Shown here: positions 1 to 10,430 of the stretch, in pieces | Position numbering within the stretch: the first letter of the stretch is position 1 | Layout of the letters: the number at the start of each line of letters is the position of its first letter | Origin: Octopus bimaculoides | Taxonomy: Eukaryota | Length of the DNA stretch: 32,142 nucleotides | Direction of reading: 5' to 3' | NCBI RefSeq assembly: GCF_001194135.2 | Contig: NC_068986.1 | Span: forward strand, 93,831,362 to 93,863,503 | Notes under the pieces: model-generated | What the model was told of the DNA's origin: nothing | Database searches by the model: none | What the model saw: the letters and a program-made list of their open reading frames with translations, nothing else | Translations under genes and position numbers: made by a program

Positions 1-641
1 TATTTGTGCATATATGCATCCTTGTTCTACATGCATTTCTTATACAACGGATACACACATACATATATCTATATAGCATATACTATGAAAAGGCATGCGT
101 TCTCCCTACTCCACCACCCTACGCCACCCAGCTTTTTCTTCCCTGGATCCTCGAATTCAGCGTCAGACATCTTGGCTCAGCAACACGGTTCAAAGGGTCA
201 CGTGGGCCTTGTTATTGTTACGCTTATTATTGTCAGTGTTTGTTTGTTTGTTTTTGTTTTGTAGTTTGTTGCTATTGTTGTTAGTTTTGGTGATACTGGT
301 AATGGCGGCGGTGGTGTGGTGGTGATGCTGTTGTTGTTATTGTTTTTGATAGTGTTTGTTGTTCAGGCAAGTGTTCTATTGTTGTGTTTGTTAATATTTT
401 CGTCGTTGTTGGTGTTGATGCTGTTCCGTTTGTATTATCGTTACATATTGCTGTAATAGTAACCACTGTCCGACTGCTTCTTCTTGATAATATTTATTAC
501 CATCGCTGTTGTTGCTGTTGTTGTTATAGTTATTATTGTTACAAACAGCGGATCGTGTTACGTTCCTTGTTTTAATGGCGCTGTCGTCGTCGTCGTTGTT
601 GTTGTTGTTTTTCCTTTATTTTTGTTGTTACTTTTCTTATG

Positions 642-1426
642 TTTTACTTGTTTCAGTCATTGCACTCTGACCATGCTGGGGCATCGCTCTGAAGAATCTT
701 TAGCCGAATGAATTGACCCCAGTACTTTTTTTCTTCTGTTTTTTTTTTTTTTTAATTATCGTTTTTGTTTTTGTAAAACCTGGTACTTATTCTATCAGTC
801 TCTTTTGCTGAACTGCTAAGTTACAGGTCGTAAACACACCAACACCGGTTGACAAACGTTGGTAGAGACAAACACAGGCACTGACACACACGCACACACA
901 CACACACACACACACATATNNNNNNNNNNNNNNNNNNNNNNNNNNNNNNNNNNNNNNNNNNNNNNNNNNNNNNNNNNNNNNNNNNNNNNNNNNNNNNNNN
1001 NNNNNNNNNNNATATATATACGACGGTCTTCTTTCAGTTTCCGTCTACAAATCTTATCATAAGGCTTTGGTCTTCCCGAAGCTATAACAGAAGACACTTG
1101 CTCAAGTTACCATGCAGTGGGACTGAATCAAGTACCATGTGGCTAGGAAACAACCTTCTTATTTCTTTACTGCCCACAAGGGGCTACACACAGAGGGGAC
1201 AAACAAGGACCGACAAACGTATTAATTCGATCAGATCGATCCCAGTGCGTAACTGGTACTTATTTAATCGACCCCGAAAGGATGAAAGGCAAAGTCGACT
1301 TCGGCGGAATTTGATCCCAGAACGTAGCGGCAGACGAAATACCGCTAAGCATTTCACCCGACGTGCTAACGATTCTGCCAGCTCGCCGCCTGCTTACCAT
1401 ACAGTCTTGACACACAGTCACTCCTC
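642..1426 (-). mobile_element. Bipartite tRNA/CORE-like SINE (family B) with internal (TA/CA)n tract, interrupted by a family A SINE
   Basis: 3' module 642-900 matches 2050-2275 and, inverted, 10230-10430. The 5' module 1012-1155 plus 1391-1426 matches 3862-4014, including the MIR/CORE-like motif (minus-strand CTTGAGCAAGTGTCTTCTGTTATAGC). The internal microsatellite includes N-gap 920-1011. Confidence 0.75.
1156..1390 (-). mobile_element. tRNA-derived SINE, family A, near full length
   Basis: Minus strand begins GGCGGCGAGCTGGCAGAATCGTTAGC (A-box-like), has a B-box-like GGGATCAAATTCC and the core GTCGACTTTGCCTTTCATCCTTTCGGGGTCGAT. The core recurs at about 5775, 8000, 18660, 20670 and, degenerate, 27480. 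Confidence 0.85.
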
Positions 1427-1627
1427 TTTAATTTTATGATGCAAAGGTACGATTCCAAAATGCTATTTCTCAAAGACTACAATGCACCAGTTCCGCTCTA
1501 TAGTGACATTATTTGGATAGAAACAAAAGCACTCGCAGAAGAGATAAACGCAGGACATTACTCTCCTTTATGATTTATGTTCGGAGTTTATTTATACACT
1601 GAACAAGTAATAATTCATAATATACAC

Positions 1628-1885
1628 CAGTGGTTCTTAATTGATGTCCATATGTCACTTGGGGGCCCATTTAAGATTTTGGGGTTAAAATTTATGTGAA
1701 ATATATTGGTTATACATCTACAATACTCAAAATATTTTCCTTCTTCGTTCATACAATTCCTTATGAAATCTAATTATAAAAATACTGTAAGACTTCTTTT
1801 ATATTGACCGAATGGCTAAGGAGGTCCAGTGGAGAAAAATAAGAATCAAAGGAATCCACAGGCAGAACAGGGTTGAGATTTACTG
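1628..1885. mobile_element. hAT (Charlie-like) non-autonomous element / MITE, degenerate
   Basis: Left end CAGTGGTTCTTAA and right end GGTTGAGATTTACTG form imperfect TIRs resembling CAGTGGTTCTCAACC. Flanking 8-mers ATATACAC (1620-1627) and ATGTATAC (1886-1893) match 6/8, consistent with an 8-bp hAT TSD. No ORF. Confidence 0.55.
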
Positions 1886-2049
1886 ATGTATACACAGAAC
1901 AGTGAGAATCAAAGCAATGGCGTGTATAATTGAGAACTATGGTGTTTCCTTTGAGAACCAAGACATTTAGAGCTGGTTGTGTTGTTTCAGTCAAAGCCAT
2001 CCCGGATTAATGAAACTAAGCGAGAATTGTGTGTATTATTCATTTTTCC

Positions 2050-2281
2050 TTTATCCTTTTAATTGTTTCAGTCATTTGACTACAGCCATGCTGGAGCACT
2101 GCCTTTCGTTGAACAAATCGACCCCAGGACTTATTCTTTGTAAGCCTAGTGCTTATTCTACAGGCCCCTTTTGCAAAACCGCTAAGTTACGGGAACGTAA
2201 ACACACCAACATCGGTTGTCAAGCGATGGTGGGGCGACAAACACAGACACACAAACATATACACACACATATATATATATA
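2050..2281 (-). mobile_element. Family B SINE, 3' module (left part of a SINE split by the Tc1 element)
   Basis: TGTTTCAGTCATTTGACTACAGCCATGCTGGAGCAC...GCTAAGTTACGGGAACGTAAACACACCAAC aligns with 642-900 and ends in the (CA)/(TA) tract. Confidence 0.8.
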
Positions 2282-3501
2282 CAGAGGTTGGACAAAATAA
2301 TGGAAACACCTAGCATCAAAGCATCATAACTTCATAATTTTGAAATATCTATAAAACCGTCAAAAGCTTGTTCATTTTTATGTTTTTTACTTATTTTTGG
2401 TGTTGCTTAGTATGTTTTGCTAAAATTGCTGTTTCTTTTCAGATATCAGAAAAAGGTGATTAAAATTCATTAAAATGACAAATCTATCGGACTTTCAAAG
2501 AGGTCAAGTTGTTGGTGCTTGTATGGCAGGCGCTGGCGTAACGACCAAAATGTTTGGTGTATCAAGAAGTACTGTCTCGAAAGTAATGACAGCCTTTGAG
2601 AAAGAGGGGAAAACCTCCTCGTAGAAACAAAACTCCGGAAGAAGACCGAAACATTCAGATAGGGACCGTCGGACTCTTACGTGAATTGTTAGAAAATTAC
2701 TGTAGAACTTAATGACCATCTCGAGAACCCAGTTTCCACAAAAACTGTTCGCCGGGAGATGCAAAAATCCGGATTTCACGGGAGGGCTGCAATGAGAAAA
2801 CCACTACTTTCAAAAACAAACATTGCAAAGCCTTTAGAGTGGAGTAAAAACTTACAGAATTGGTCCCTAGAGCAATGTAAGATTGTTTTTTTTTTCTCGG
2901 ACGAGTCATCCTTTACCTTATTTCCGATCACCGGCCGAGTATACGTGTGGAGACAGCAAAAAGAAGCATTTAACTGCCTTCTTCTAACCGTTAAACATGG
3001 AGGGGTATCTGTGATGATCTGGGGAGTTATATCTTGGAAATTCGCAGGGCCAATGGTTTCCTTTCATGGCAGAATTAATAGTGAAGACTATTTGAGCATT
3101 TTATCTGATAAAATTCATCCTATGGTTGCGGAAATGTTTCCGGAGGGAAACGCAATCTTTCAGGATGATAATGCACCAATTCACACAGTTAAAGTTGTTA
3201 CTGAATGGCACGAGGAACATTCTAGTGAAGTTGAACATCTTATCTGGCTACCACAGTCCCCAGATCTCAATATTACTGAACATTCATGGTGCATTTTAGA
3301 AAAACAAAGGAGTTGATATCCTCCACCATCATCACTACTAGAACTGGAGACTGTTTTAGCTGAAGAATGGACAAATATTCCTTTGTAAACAATTCAAACT
3401 TTGTGCGAGTTCATACCTCGTAGAATTCAAGCTGTAATTACTGCCAAAGGTGGTCCTACTTCATATTAAAATAAATTTATCTGAAATTTGTCCAAACCCT
3501 G
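2282..3501 (+). mobile_element. Tc1-like DNA transposon, about 1.2 kb, DD36E (Incomer-like), inactivated
   Basis: TA at 2280-2281. Left TIR CAGAGGTTGGACAAA; the right end reverse-complements to CAGGGTTTGGACAAA (13/15). A transposase remnant lies between them. Confidence 0.9.
2477..3468 (+). pseudogene. Tc1-family transposase pseudogene, DD36E triad
   Basis: Starts MTNLSDFQRGQVVGA. The ORF 2759-3316 contains FSDESSF, TVKHGGVSVMIWG, FQDDNAPIH and PQSPDLNITEH, with 36 residues between the second D and E. Frameshifts and stops occur in the N-terminal region and after 3313; the C-terminus reads IPRRIQAVITAKGGPTSY*. Confidence 0.9.
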
Positions 3502-3825
3502 CATATNNNNNNNNNNNNNNNNNNNNNNNNNNNNNNNNNNNNNNNNNNNNNNNNNNNNNNNNNNNNNNNNNNNNNNNNNNNNNNNNNNNNNNNNNNNNNN
3601 NNNNNNNNNNNNNNNNNNNNNNNNNNNNNNNNNNNNNNNNNNNNNNNNNNNNNNNNNNNNNNNNNNNNNNNNNNNNNNNNNNNNNNNNNNNNNNNNNNNN
3701 NNNNNNNNNNNNNNNNNNNNNNNNNNNNNNNNNNNNNNNNNNNNNNNNNNNNNNNNNNNNNNNNNNNNNNNNNNNNNNNNNNNNNNNNNNNNNNNNNNNN
3801 NNNNNNNNNNNNNNNNNNNNNNNNN

Positions 3826-3861
<36 letters not shown>

Positions 3862-3864
<3 letters not shown>

Positions 3865-4014
3865 CAGTTTCCGTCTACTAGATTCACTTACAAGACTTTG
3901 ACCGGCCCGAGGCTATAGTAGAAGACATCTGCCCAAGGTGCCACGCGGAGGGTCTGAACCCGGAACCATGTGGTTGGGAAGTAAGCTTCTTAACACACAG
4001 CCACTCCTGCGCCT
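3862..4014 (-). mobile_element. Family B SINE, 5' tRNA/CORE-like module (right part of the split SINE)
   Basis: Minus strand AGGCGCAGGAGTGGCTGTGTGTTAAG (A-box-like), GGGTTCAGACCC (B-box-like), GGCACCTTGGGCAGATGTCTTCTACTATAGCCTCGGG (CORE-like), then (TA)n. Confidence 0.8.
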
Positions 4015-4309
4015 ATTGTTTATGGACTTCAGAAAAAAATATTTGCTGTGTAATTATGCCTACCAAACTGACAATAATTACTCATGTGCAAGACGAATAG
4101 CGAGGATCAAAACAAAGACAAATATCTTTAATGTGAATGCATTCCGGCAGATTCGAACGCGAATATTCTAATCGCTGTTATATGTCGTCTTGGGAGAACA
4201 GCTTTTCTTTTCAGAGGAATGTGAGTTTATAACGCATTCAATTCATTGAGGTAAGAGAACTTAGAAACAATGCGATATTTTTACCTAGTTGTGTTGCCTC
4301 AATGAAGGG

Positions 4310-4385
4310 ATTTCTGATTTTGGCACAAGGTCAGGATTTTTGAGGGGAAGAGGGGTTAATTGATATTATCACTGATACTTTATAT
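4310..4385 (-). mobile_element. Family A SINE tail fragment, degenerate
   Basis: TTTCTGATTTTGGCACAAGGTCAGG resembles TTTCAAATTTTGGCACAAGGCCAACAGG at about 18570. Confidence 0.45.
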
Positions 4386-4516
4386 TATGTCCACAGCCTC
4401 AACATGTACCACTTTCGTCAGCAGTACCACTTCTACTATCACCTCAACTACAATATCCCCACAGCGGGTTGGCCAGTATTGAATCCACAACATCGCTTAT
4501 ATCATGGACCAGATCT

Positions 4517-4533
4517 TATGGAAAAGGAACTGG

Positions 4534-4611
<78 letters not shown>

Positions 4612-4695
4612 CAAGAGCAGCAGCTGCTGCAGTTGTAATTGTAGTATTAGTGGTAATTGTAGCAGCAGCAGGATTATTATTATTATTATTATTAT

Positions 4696-4734
<39 letters not shown>

Positions 4735-4749
4735 CAGCAGCAGCAGCAG

Positions 4750-4802
<53 letters not shown>

Positions 4803-4822
4803 TTTCCAGTTCCCTTTCCATA
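4517..4822. repeat. Foldback inverted repeat enclosing compound trinucleotide microsatellites
   Basis: Left arm TATGGAAAAGGAACTGGGAG followed by (TAG)n. Right arm (CTA)n followed by TATTTCCAGTTCCCTTTCCATA (4801-4822). The unique parts differ at 3 positions. Confidence 0.8.
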
Positions 4823-5264
4823 TGATAGCAGCAGCAGCAGCGGTAGTAGTAGTAGTAGTAGTAGTAGTAGCGGGAGCGATGGCGGGAACGGTGGCGGTGA
4901 CAGCGGTGGTGATGGTCGAGGCGGTGAGATGGTCTATTTTGTGATAGTCGCTGAGGTCGCTGTATGCTGGTTATGTTGGTGGTGATCTCCAATTGTTGTT
5001 CATACTGTTGTTGTGGTCCAAGTTCTTGTTATTGTTGTATAATCCCTAGAGTGATAATTGTGGTGTTCGTCCATTCAATATTTGGACACAAACATTATGT
5101 CAAACCGTCACACTAATGAGTTTCTCCTATTTCGGTTTCTATGAAGGCCTGCTATCCTGTACCGCTTTGTCTCTTTCACTCGACTTATATTTATCTATCT
5201 ATCTATCTATCTATCATGTGTGTATGTGTATGTGTCCTTTAAATAAATAAATAATATATATATA

Positions 5265-5325
<61 letters not shown>

Positions 5326-5694
5326 GGCATTCACACAAACACATATATATATGATTAACATAACTAAGTGTGCCACCAGTTATGGGAAGAATAAATTATT
5401 TATATTCTATATAGACGATATATCATGTAAATATTCACTTTCTCCTTAATTTTCAATGAAATTTTCTACTCGGCAGCTGGTATCCGAAACAGATTGAATT
5501 TTGAAGAATTTGAGAAATTTATGATTGTGTCTTTTTAGAATTTATTCAAATGCAGATATAACTAGAAGAGCTCATAATATATGGTGTAAAAACCGTAAAC
5601 ATAGGAAAAAGTAAACGAAATCAACCACATAAGTTGAACAATGTGTGTGCCATATTCCCGACGGCCATGATAAATTTCTTCTAAGTTTGTAATA

Positions 5695-5892
5695 TTAGTT
5701 TCAAATTTGCACTGGGGCCAGTAAATTCTAGGAAGAGAGCAAGTTGACTACATCAGCTTCTATACTCATTGACTCCGAAAGGATGAAAGGCAAAGTCGAC
5801 CTCAGAAGAAGTTGAACTCAGAACATGAAGACGGACGAAATGCTACTAAGCGTTTTGCTCGGAGTGTTAACAATCCTGTCAGCTCATCGGTT
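5695..5892 (-). mobile_element. Family A SINE, degenerate
   Basis: CCGAAAGGATGAAAGGCAAAGTCGACCTCAGAAGAAGTTGAACTCAGAAC matches 1271-1325. Confidence 0.75.
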
Positions 5893-6288
5893 TTAGCTCT
5901 TGTAATATTAAAAGTTTTTATTTTTTACGGTTAAATATTGACACTCTACTCGTGTGTAGTGGTATCACGGGCCACGGATAGCCTTCAATTTTCTTCTTGC
6001 TGGTAAGAACAAATGTTCAAAAAATGGACGCAGAAAAACCGAAAGCTTTTCCCTGTTGTTATTATAATTATTATTTTTGTTATAATAGTTCGCAGCTTTG
6101 TCTTCTCAAAAGATGCGGGTTCGAATCCTACTAGTAGTAATTAACTTTTTTCGATTTAAAGTTTCTTTTATAGACCCAATATTCTAGACATTGTGTAAAC
6201 ACTCAATCATTTATAAACATCTCATTAAAGTGGAAAATATCAGAAAAAGCCATTCTATTTCATTTCTTTTCAAATACACAGACACACA

Positions 6289-6345
<57 letters not shown>

Positions 6346-6547
6346 TGCGCACAAGTTCTTGGTAGTATATTAATGTTGCTAGAAAGACAAACTGGTGAGA
6401 AGTAATTGAGTTATCGTCTCTTTATTTATATACAGATATAAAAAAAAAGCTCTTTGAATCTTTATGAGGAAATGAGATAAAATACTGCTTAAACCCTTTT
6501 ATCTTGTTTGGTGTGTTGTCTAGCGCTGGAGAGTAAATAACTGTCTC

Positions 6548-6586
<39 letters not shown>

Positions 6587-7167
6587 TGCATAGAAACGTA
6601 GACTTAGATATAAAAAGACATGAATGCCTGCATCCATGCACGTACATATATATACATACACGCACATATGCATTCATATTCAAACAGACACACACATGTT
6701 TACTCATACGTAGACAAATACATTTACGTATAATAACCAGAGAAAAATAAATATTTTTCCAGTATGCAGGATAAAAAATTCTGTTGCTTTAGAATTGGCA
6801 GCTTAAAAAAAACGGTGTCGTTTGAAATTTCTTTGAATCTTCTTACAGACTTCTCAAATAATGTCTGTCTTGGAGAAGTTTTGTGAATATCTGCCTGGAA
6901 TATTCACAGTGTTAACTTCACAGCAATTATGTTTGTCTCTATTGCTTCTTATCTGCTTTCATACATTTTCGGGTCTTTATGACATACTATTTCTCACTGT
7001 GGCGTTTGGCTCCCCTCTCTCTTTCTCTCTTCCAGTCTCTGTCTTCTTCTTCTCTCTCTCCATCTTTCTCTCCCTTTCCATCTTCCTCTCTCTGTCTCGC
7101 CATTTCGTTATTCACTGTCTACTCTCTGTAAATCGATTTGTCTTTCTATGAATATATCAGTTTTAAG

Positions 7168-7223
<56 letters not shown>

Positions 7224-7276
7224 CCTATCTGTCCGTCTATAAGTCTGTCTGTCTATCTACCTGTCTGTGTGTCTGT

Positions 7277-7357
<81 letters not shown>

Positions 7358-7482
7358 GAGAGAGAGAAAACAAGAAAGATAAATTATATATACATATATA
7401 TAAAATTCCCTGATATATATGTGTTTGTATACGCGTGTATGAGTGTGTGTGTGTGTGTGCGTGTGTGTGTGTGTGTGTGTGT
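7168..7482. repeat. Compound microsatellite (TCTA)n-(TA)n-(GA)n-(TG)n
   Basis: Direct reading. Confidence 0.9.
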
Positions 7483-7879
7483 CTGAAGAAGCTTTGCCTG
7501 CGCGGAAAGACAACTCACAAACCTGTAAGTAATATCACTCCGCATATAATTTCTAACGTGTCGAATTGATTTCATGAAAACACTTAACACCATGACTACT
7601 GCTAAGCTTCATGAAACATAATATTTCTGACCAAAGACGTCTGAAGTACTTTCGGTGCCAAAGTCCAACACCTTTGTGCATCTGCTTTAAGCTGCATAAT
7701 TCGTCTCAGAACAAGAGAAAAAAAAAATGTTTCTTTGTTAAAAATACATGTAACCAAATATTTGGTCATGCTGAAAATATTCAGAAGAAAATGAAAAGCT
7801 GGTCAAAATATCACCAAGTATACTCAGCTATTTGTTTAGAACGCATGCTGTTGCTGCTGCTACTACTACAACTACTACA

Positions 7880-7912
<33 letters not shown>

Positions 7913-7929
7913 AGTACTATTACTACTAA

Positions 7930-8075
7930 TAATAATTATCCTCTCTACTGAAGACACAAAACCTGAAATTTTGGGGGGAGGAGGTAGGTATGATCACATC
8001 GACCCCGAGAGGATAAAAGGCAAAGTTGACCTCGGCGGAATTTGAACTCAGAACGTAAGGACAGACGAAATGCAT
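7930..8075 (-). mobile_element. Family A SINE fragment (head portion displaced to 8348-8396)
   Basis: ATCGACCCCGAGAGGATAAAAGGCAAAGTTGACCTCGGCGGAATTTGAACTCAGAACG is the family A core. AAGCATTTTGCTTGGCATGCTGACGATTTTACCAACTCGCCACC at 8349-8394 matches the head at 1347-1390. Confidence 0.75.
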
Positions 8076-8094
8076 TTTGCTTTGCGTGAAGACG

Positions 8095-8188
8095 ATTTCT
8101 CTGTGTAGAATGTCATCCAGCTCCAAAATCCCTAGATATCTATACCCACTACCATCGGGTTCACCCATTGTCTCTCCTGATGGTAACC
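8095..8188 (-). mobile_element. R4/Dong-like non-LTR retrotransposon fragment (post-RT YKYLG motif)
   Basis: Translates LPSGETMGEPDGSGYRYLGILELDDILHRE, resembling the GYKYLGILE motif. Its 5' side abuts (TAA)n in the same sense. Confidence 0.6.
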
Positions 8189-8396
8189 TATTATTATTAT
8201 TAGTAGTAGTAGTAGTATTTGCTGCTGCTGCTGCTACTACTACTACTACTGCTACTGCTGCTGCTGCTACTGCTGCTGCTACTGCTGCTGCTACTGCTGC
8301 TGCTGTTGCTACTACTACTACTACTAATAATAATTAACCTTTCTACTGAAGCATTTTGCTTGGCATGCTGACGATTTTACCAACTCGCCACCTTAA

Positions 8397-8397
8397 C

Positions 8398-8468
<71 letters not shown>
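8397..8468. repeat. (TAA)n microsatellite
   Basis: Direct reading. Confidence 0.95.
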
Positions 8469-8469
<1 letters not shown>

Positions 8470-8471
<2 letters not shown>

Positions 8472-8632
8472 CGGTTATAGGTAAAGAAAAGTGAAGTTGC
8501 TTACATATCGACTCATCATGTTTATTTGATTGCAGGATCGCAAAGAAATCGGGGAAAAAAAAACCCCAACCAAAAGTACAATCTCTTAAAATTTGAAATT
8601 GGAAGAATTTGGAGAATGGTTTGAGAAAGACG
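8470..8632 (+). mobile_element. R4/Dong-like LINE fragment (restriction-like endonuclease region)
   Basis: Translates TVIGKEK*SCLHIDSSCLFDCRIAKK...KYNLLKFEIGRIWRM (one frameshift), resembling the REL PD..D..K..KY motif region. Starts directly after (TAA)n. Confidence 0.55.
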
Positions 8633-8639
8633 GCTCAGC

Positions 8640-8876
8640 AATACCATGCTGAACAACCTGCACAACTGACTTGTTTATAGTGATCGAATATTTGTACGTC
8701 GACTTTGTCTGAACAGGCGCAAGGTGCGCCGCACGTCGTCAAGTTTCGAAATGGTTTCAGAGCAATGTAAGATGAAGTGTTTTGCTGAAGAACACATCGC
8801 ACCACCTGGTTCAGAAACTGAAACCACGATCTCGCGATCGTTGTGTGCAACGTCCTAACTACGAGGCCATCCACTT
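8640..8876 (-). mobile_element. tRNA-derived SINE, family C
   Basis: Minus-strand head GTGGATGGCCTCGTAGTTAGG...GGTTTCAGTTTC, then GTGTTCTTCAGCAAAACACTT, and tail GCAGGTTGTTCAGCA shared with 16066-16195. Confidence 0.6.
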
Positions 8877-9622
8877 TCACCGGTTCAGCATTAGGGTCAA
8901 AAGAATCGAGTTCCCTTCCCTCAAAACTGATGGCCTTGTGCCATAGTTATAAAGAATTATAACACCACCTCCGCCACCACCACCACCACCATCACCACCA
9001 CCACAACCACCNNNNNNNNNNNNNNNNNNNNNNNNNNNNNNNNNNNNNNNNNNNNNNNNNNNNNNNNNNNNNNNNNNNNNNNNNNNNNNNNNNNNNNNNN
9101 NNNNNNNNNNNNNNNNNNNNNNNNNNNNNNNNNNNNNNNNNNNNNNNNNNNNNNNNNNNNNNNNNNNNNNNNNNNNNNNNNNNNNNNNNNNNNNNNNNNN
9201 NNNNNNNNNNNNNNNNNNNNNNNNNNNNNNNNNNNNNNNNNNNNNNNNNNNNNNNNNNNNNNNNNNNNNNNNNNNNNNNNNNNNNNNNNNNNNNNNNNNN
9301 NNNNNNNNNNNNNNNNNNNNNNNNNNNNNNNNNNNNNNNNNNNNNNNNNNNNNNNNNNNNNNNNNNNNNNNNNNNNNNNNNNNNNNNNNNNNNNNNNNNN
9401 NNNNNNNNNNNNNNNNNNNNGCATCAAAGACACTTTTTTAAAATTTATTTTCATTGCGTTTTTATTTTTATTTTTTTCCTCCAGAAATTTTGGAAAAGGA
9501 TATTTATTTTATATCCCGACATCCACCATCAATGAAGCGGAAGCGAAAGAAATGTAAAATACCAAAGCAAGTGTGTTCCTTTTATTTAAAACGTTTCGAA
9601 AAAACAAAAAAAAATCAATTGA

Positions 9623-9685
<63 letters not shown>

Positions 9686-9689
<4 letters not shown>

Positions 9690-9945
9690 TATTTGATAAA
9701 TACGGAGACCTGAGAATTGAGATCGCTAAGATGTGGCAGCTACGAGAGTCAAACATAAAGGTTATCCCTGTTGTCACCTGAGCATTGGGTTCAATACCAC
9801 CCAATCTGAAAAATCAGTTGAAAACCTTAGATATACCCTACAATCTAGATGTCTAGCAAAATTCACTTGGAACTGCATGCATATTGCGAAAAGTATTGTC
9901 AGTCTGAGGTCTTTGTTGCGACTTGACAAACAGTACAAACCCCGA
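9686..9945 (+). mobile_element. R4/Dong-like LINE 3' end (REL C-terminus plus 3' UTR), 5'-truncated
   Basis: Translates KIFDKYGDLRIEIAKMWQLRESNIKVIPVVT*ALGSIPPNLKNQLKTLDIPYNLDV*QNSLGTACILRKVLSV* (stop at 9905-9907). Starts directly after (AAT)n at 9625-9687. Confidence 0.8.
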
Positions 9946-10229
9946 GTAAACAGAATATCTTCAATCAACAACTTCACGATATTGTATATTGTGCGACGTC
10001 TATAAACTGTGTTTGTTAAATTATAAGGCACAAAAAGAAAATGACTCTCCCCAGGCACAACAGAATATGCTTCAACACACGAACTCACATAAAGAATCTT
10101 GCAAGCCAAATCCTAAAACGAAATATATATATATGTGTGTGTGCGTGCGTATGTGTGTATGTGTGTGTGTGTGTGTGTGTCTGTGTCTGTGTGATTTTGT
10201 AGGTATGTATGTGTGTGTCTTTATGCATG

Positions 10230-10430
10230 TATTTATCATCCTACTATCGCGTGTCAACCGTTCTTGGTTTGTTAACGTCATCGTAACATAGCGGTTCAGC
10301 GAAAGGGGCCGATAGGTTAAGTACCAGCCTTAAAATATTAGTAGTGGGATCGATTTGTTCGTATAAACATTTCAAGGTGGTGCCACAGCGTGGCCGCAAA
10401 CCGCCGATAGAAACAAGTAGGAAGAAAGAA
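10230..10430 (+). mobile_element. Family B SINE 3' module without a recognisable head
   Basis: GTCAACCG...GTAACATAGCGGTTCAGCGAAAGGGGCCGATAG...GCGTGGCCGC...GAAACAAGTA is the reverse complement of the 2050-2270 module and is preceded by (TA)/(TG)n. Confidence 0.7.

Noticed and set aside
2759-3316. Treating the 185-aa and 159-aa (24129-24608) transposase ORFs as functional genes
   Set aside because: Both are fragments of elements with upstream stops or frameshifts and lack an in-frame DNA-binding domain.
6095-6140. Isolated B-box GGTTCGAATCC
   Set aside because: No convincing A-box at the proper spacing and no cloverleaf; at most a SINE relic.
6861-7151. 96-aa hydrophobic ORF after an acceptor-like TTCTTACAG
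   Set aside because: The second half is (CT)n low complexity and no family is recognisable.
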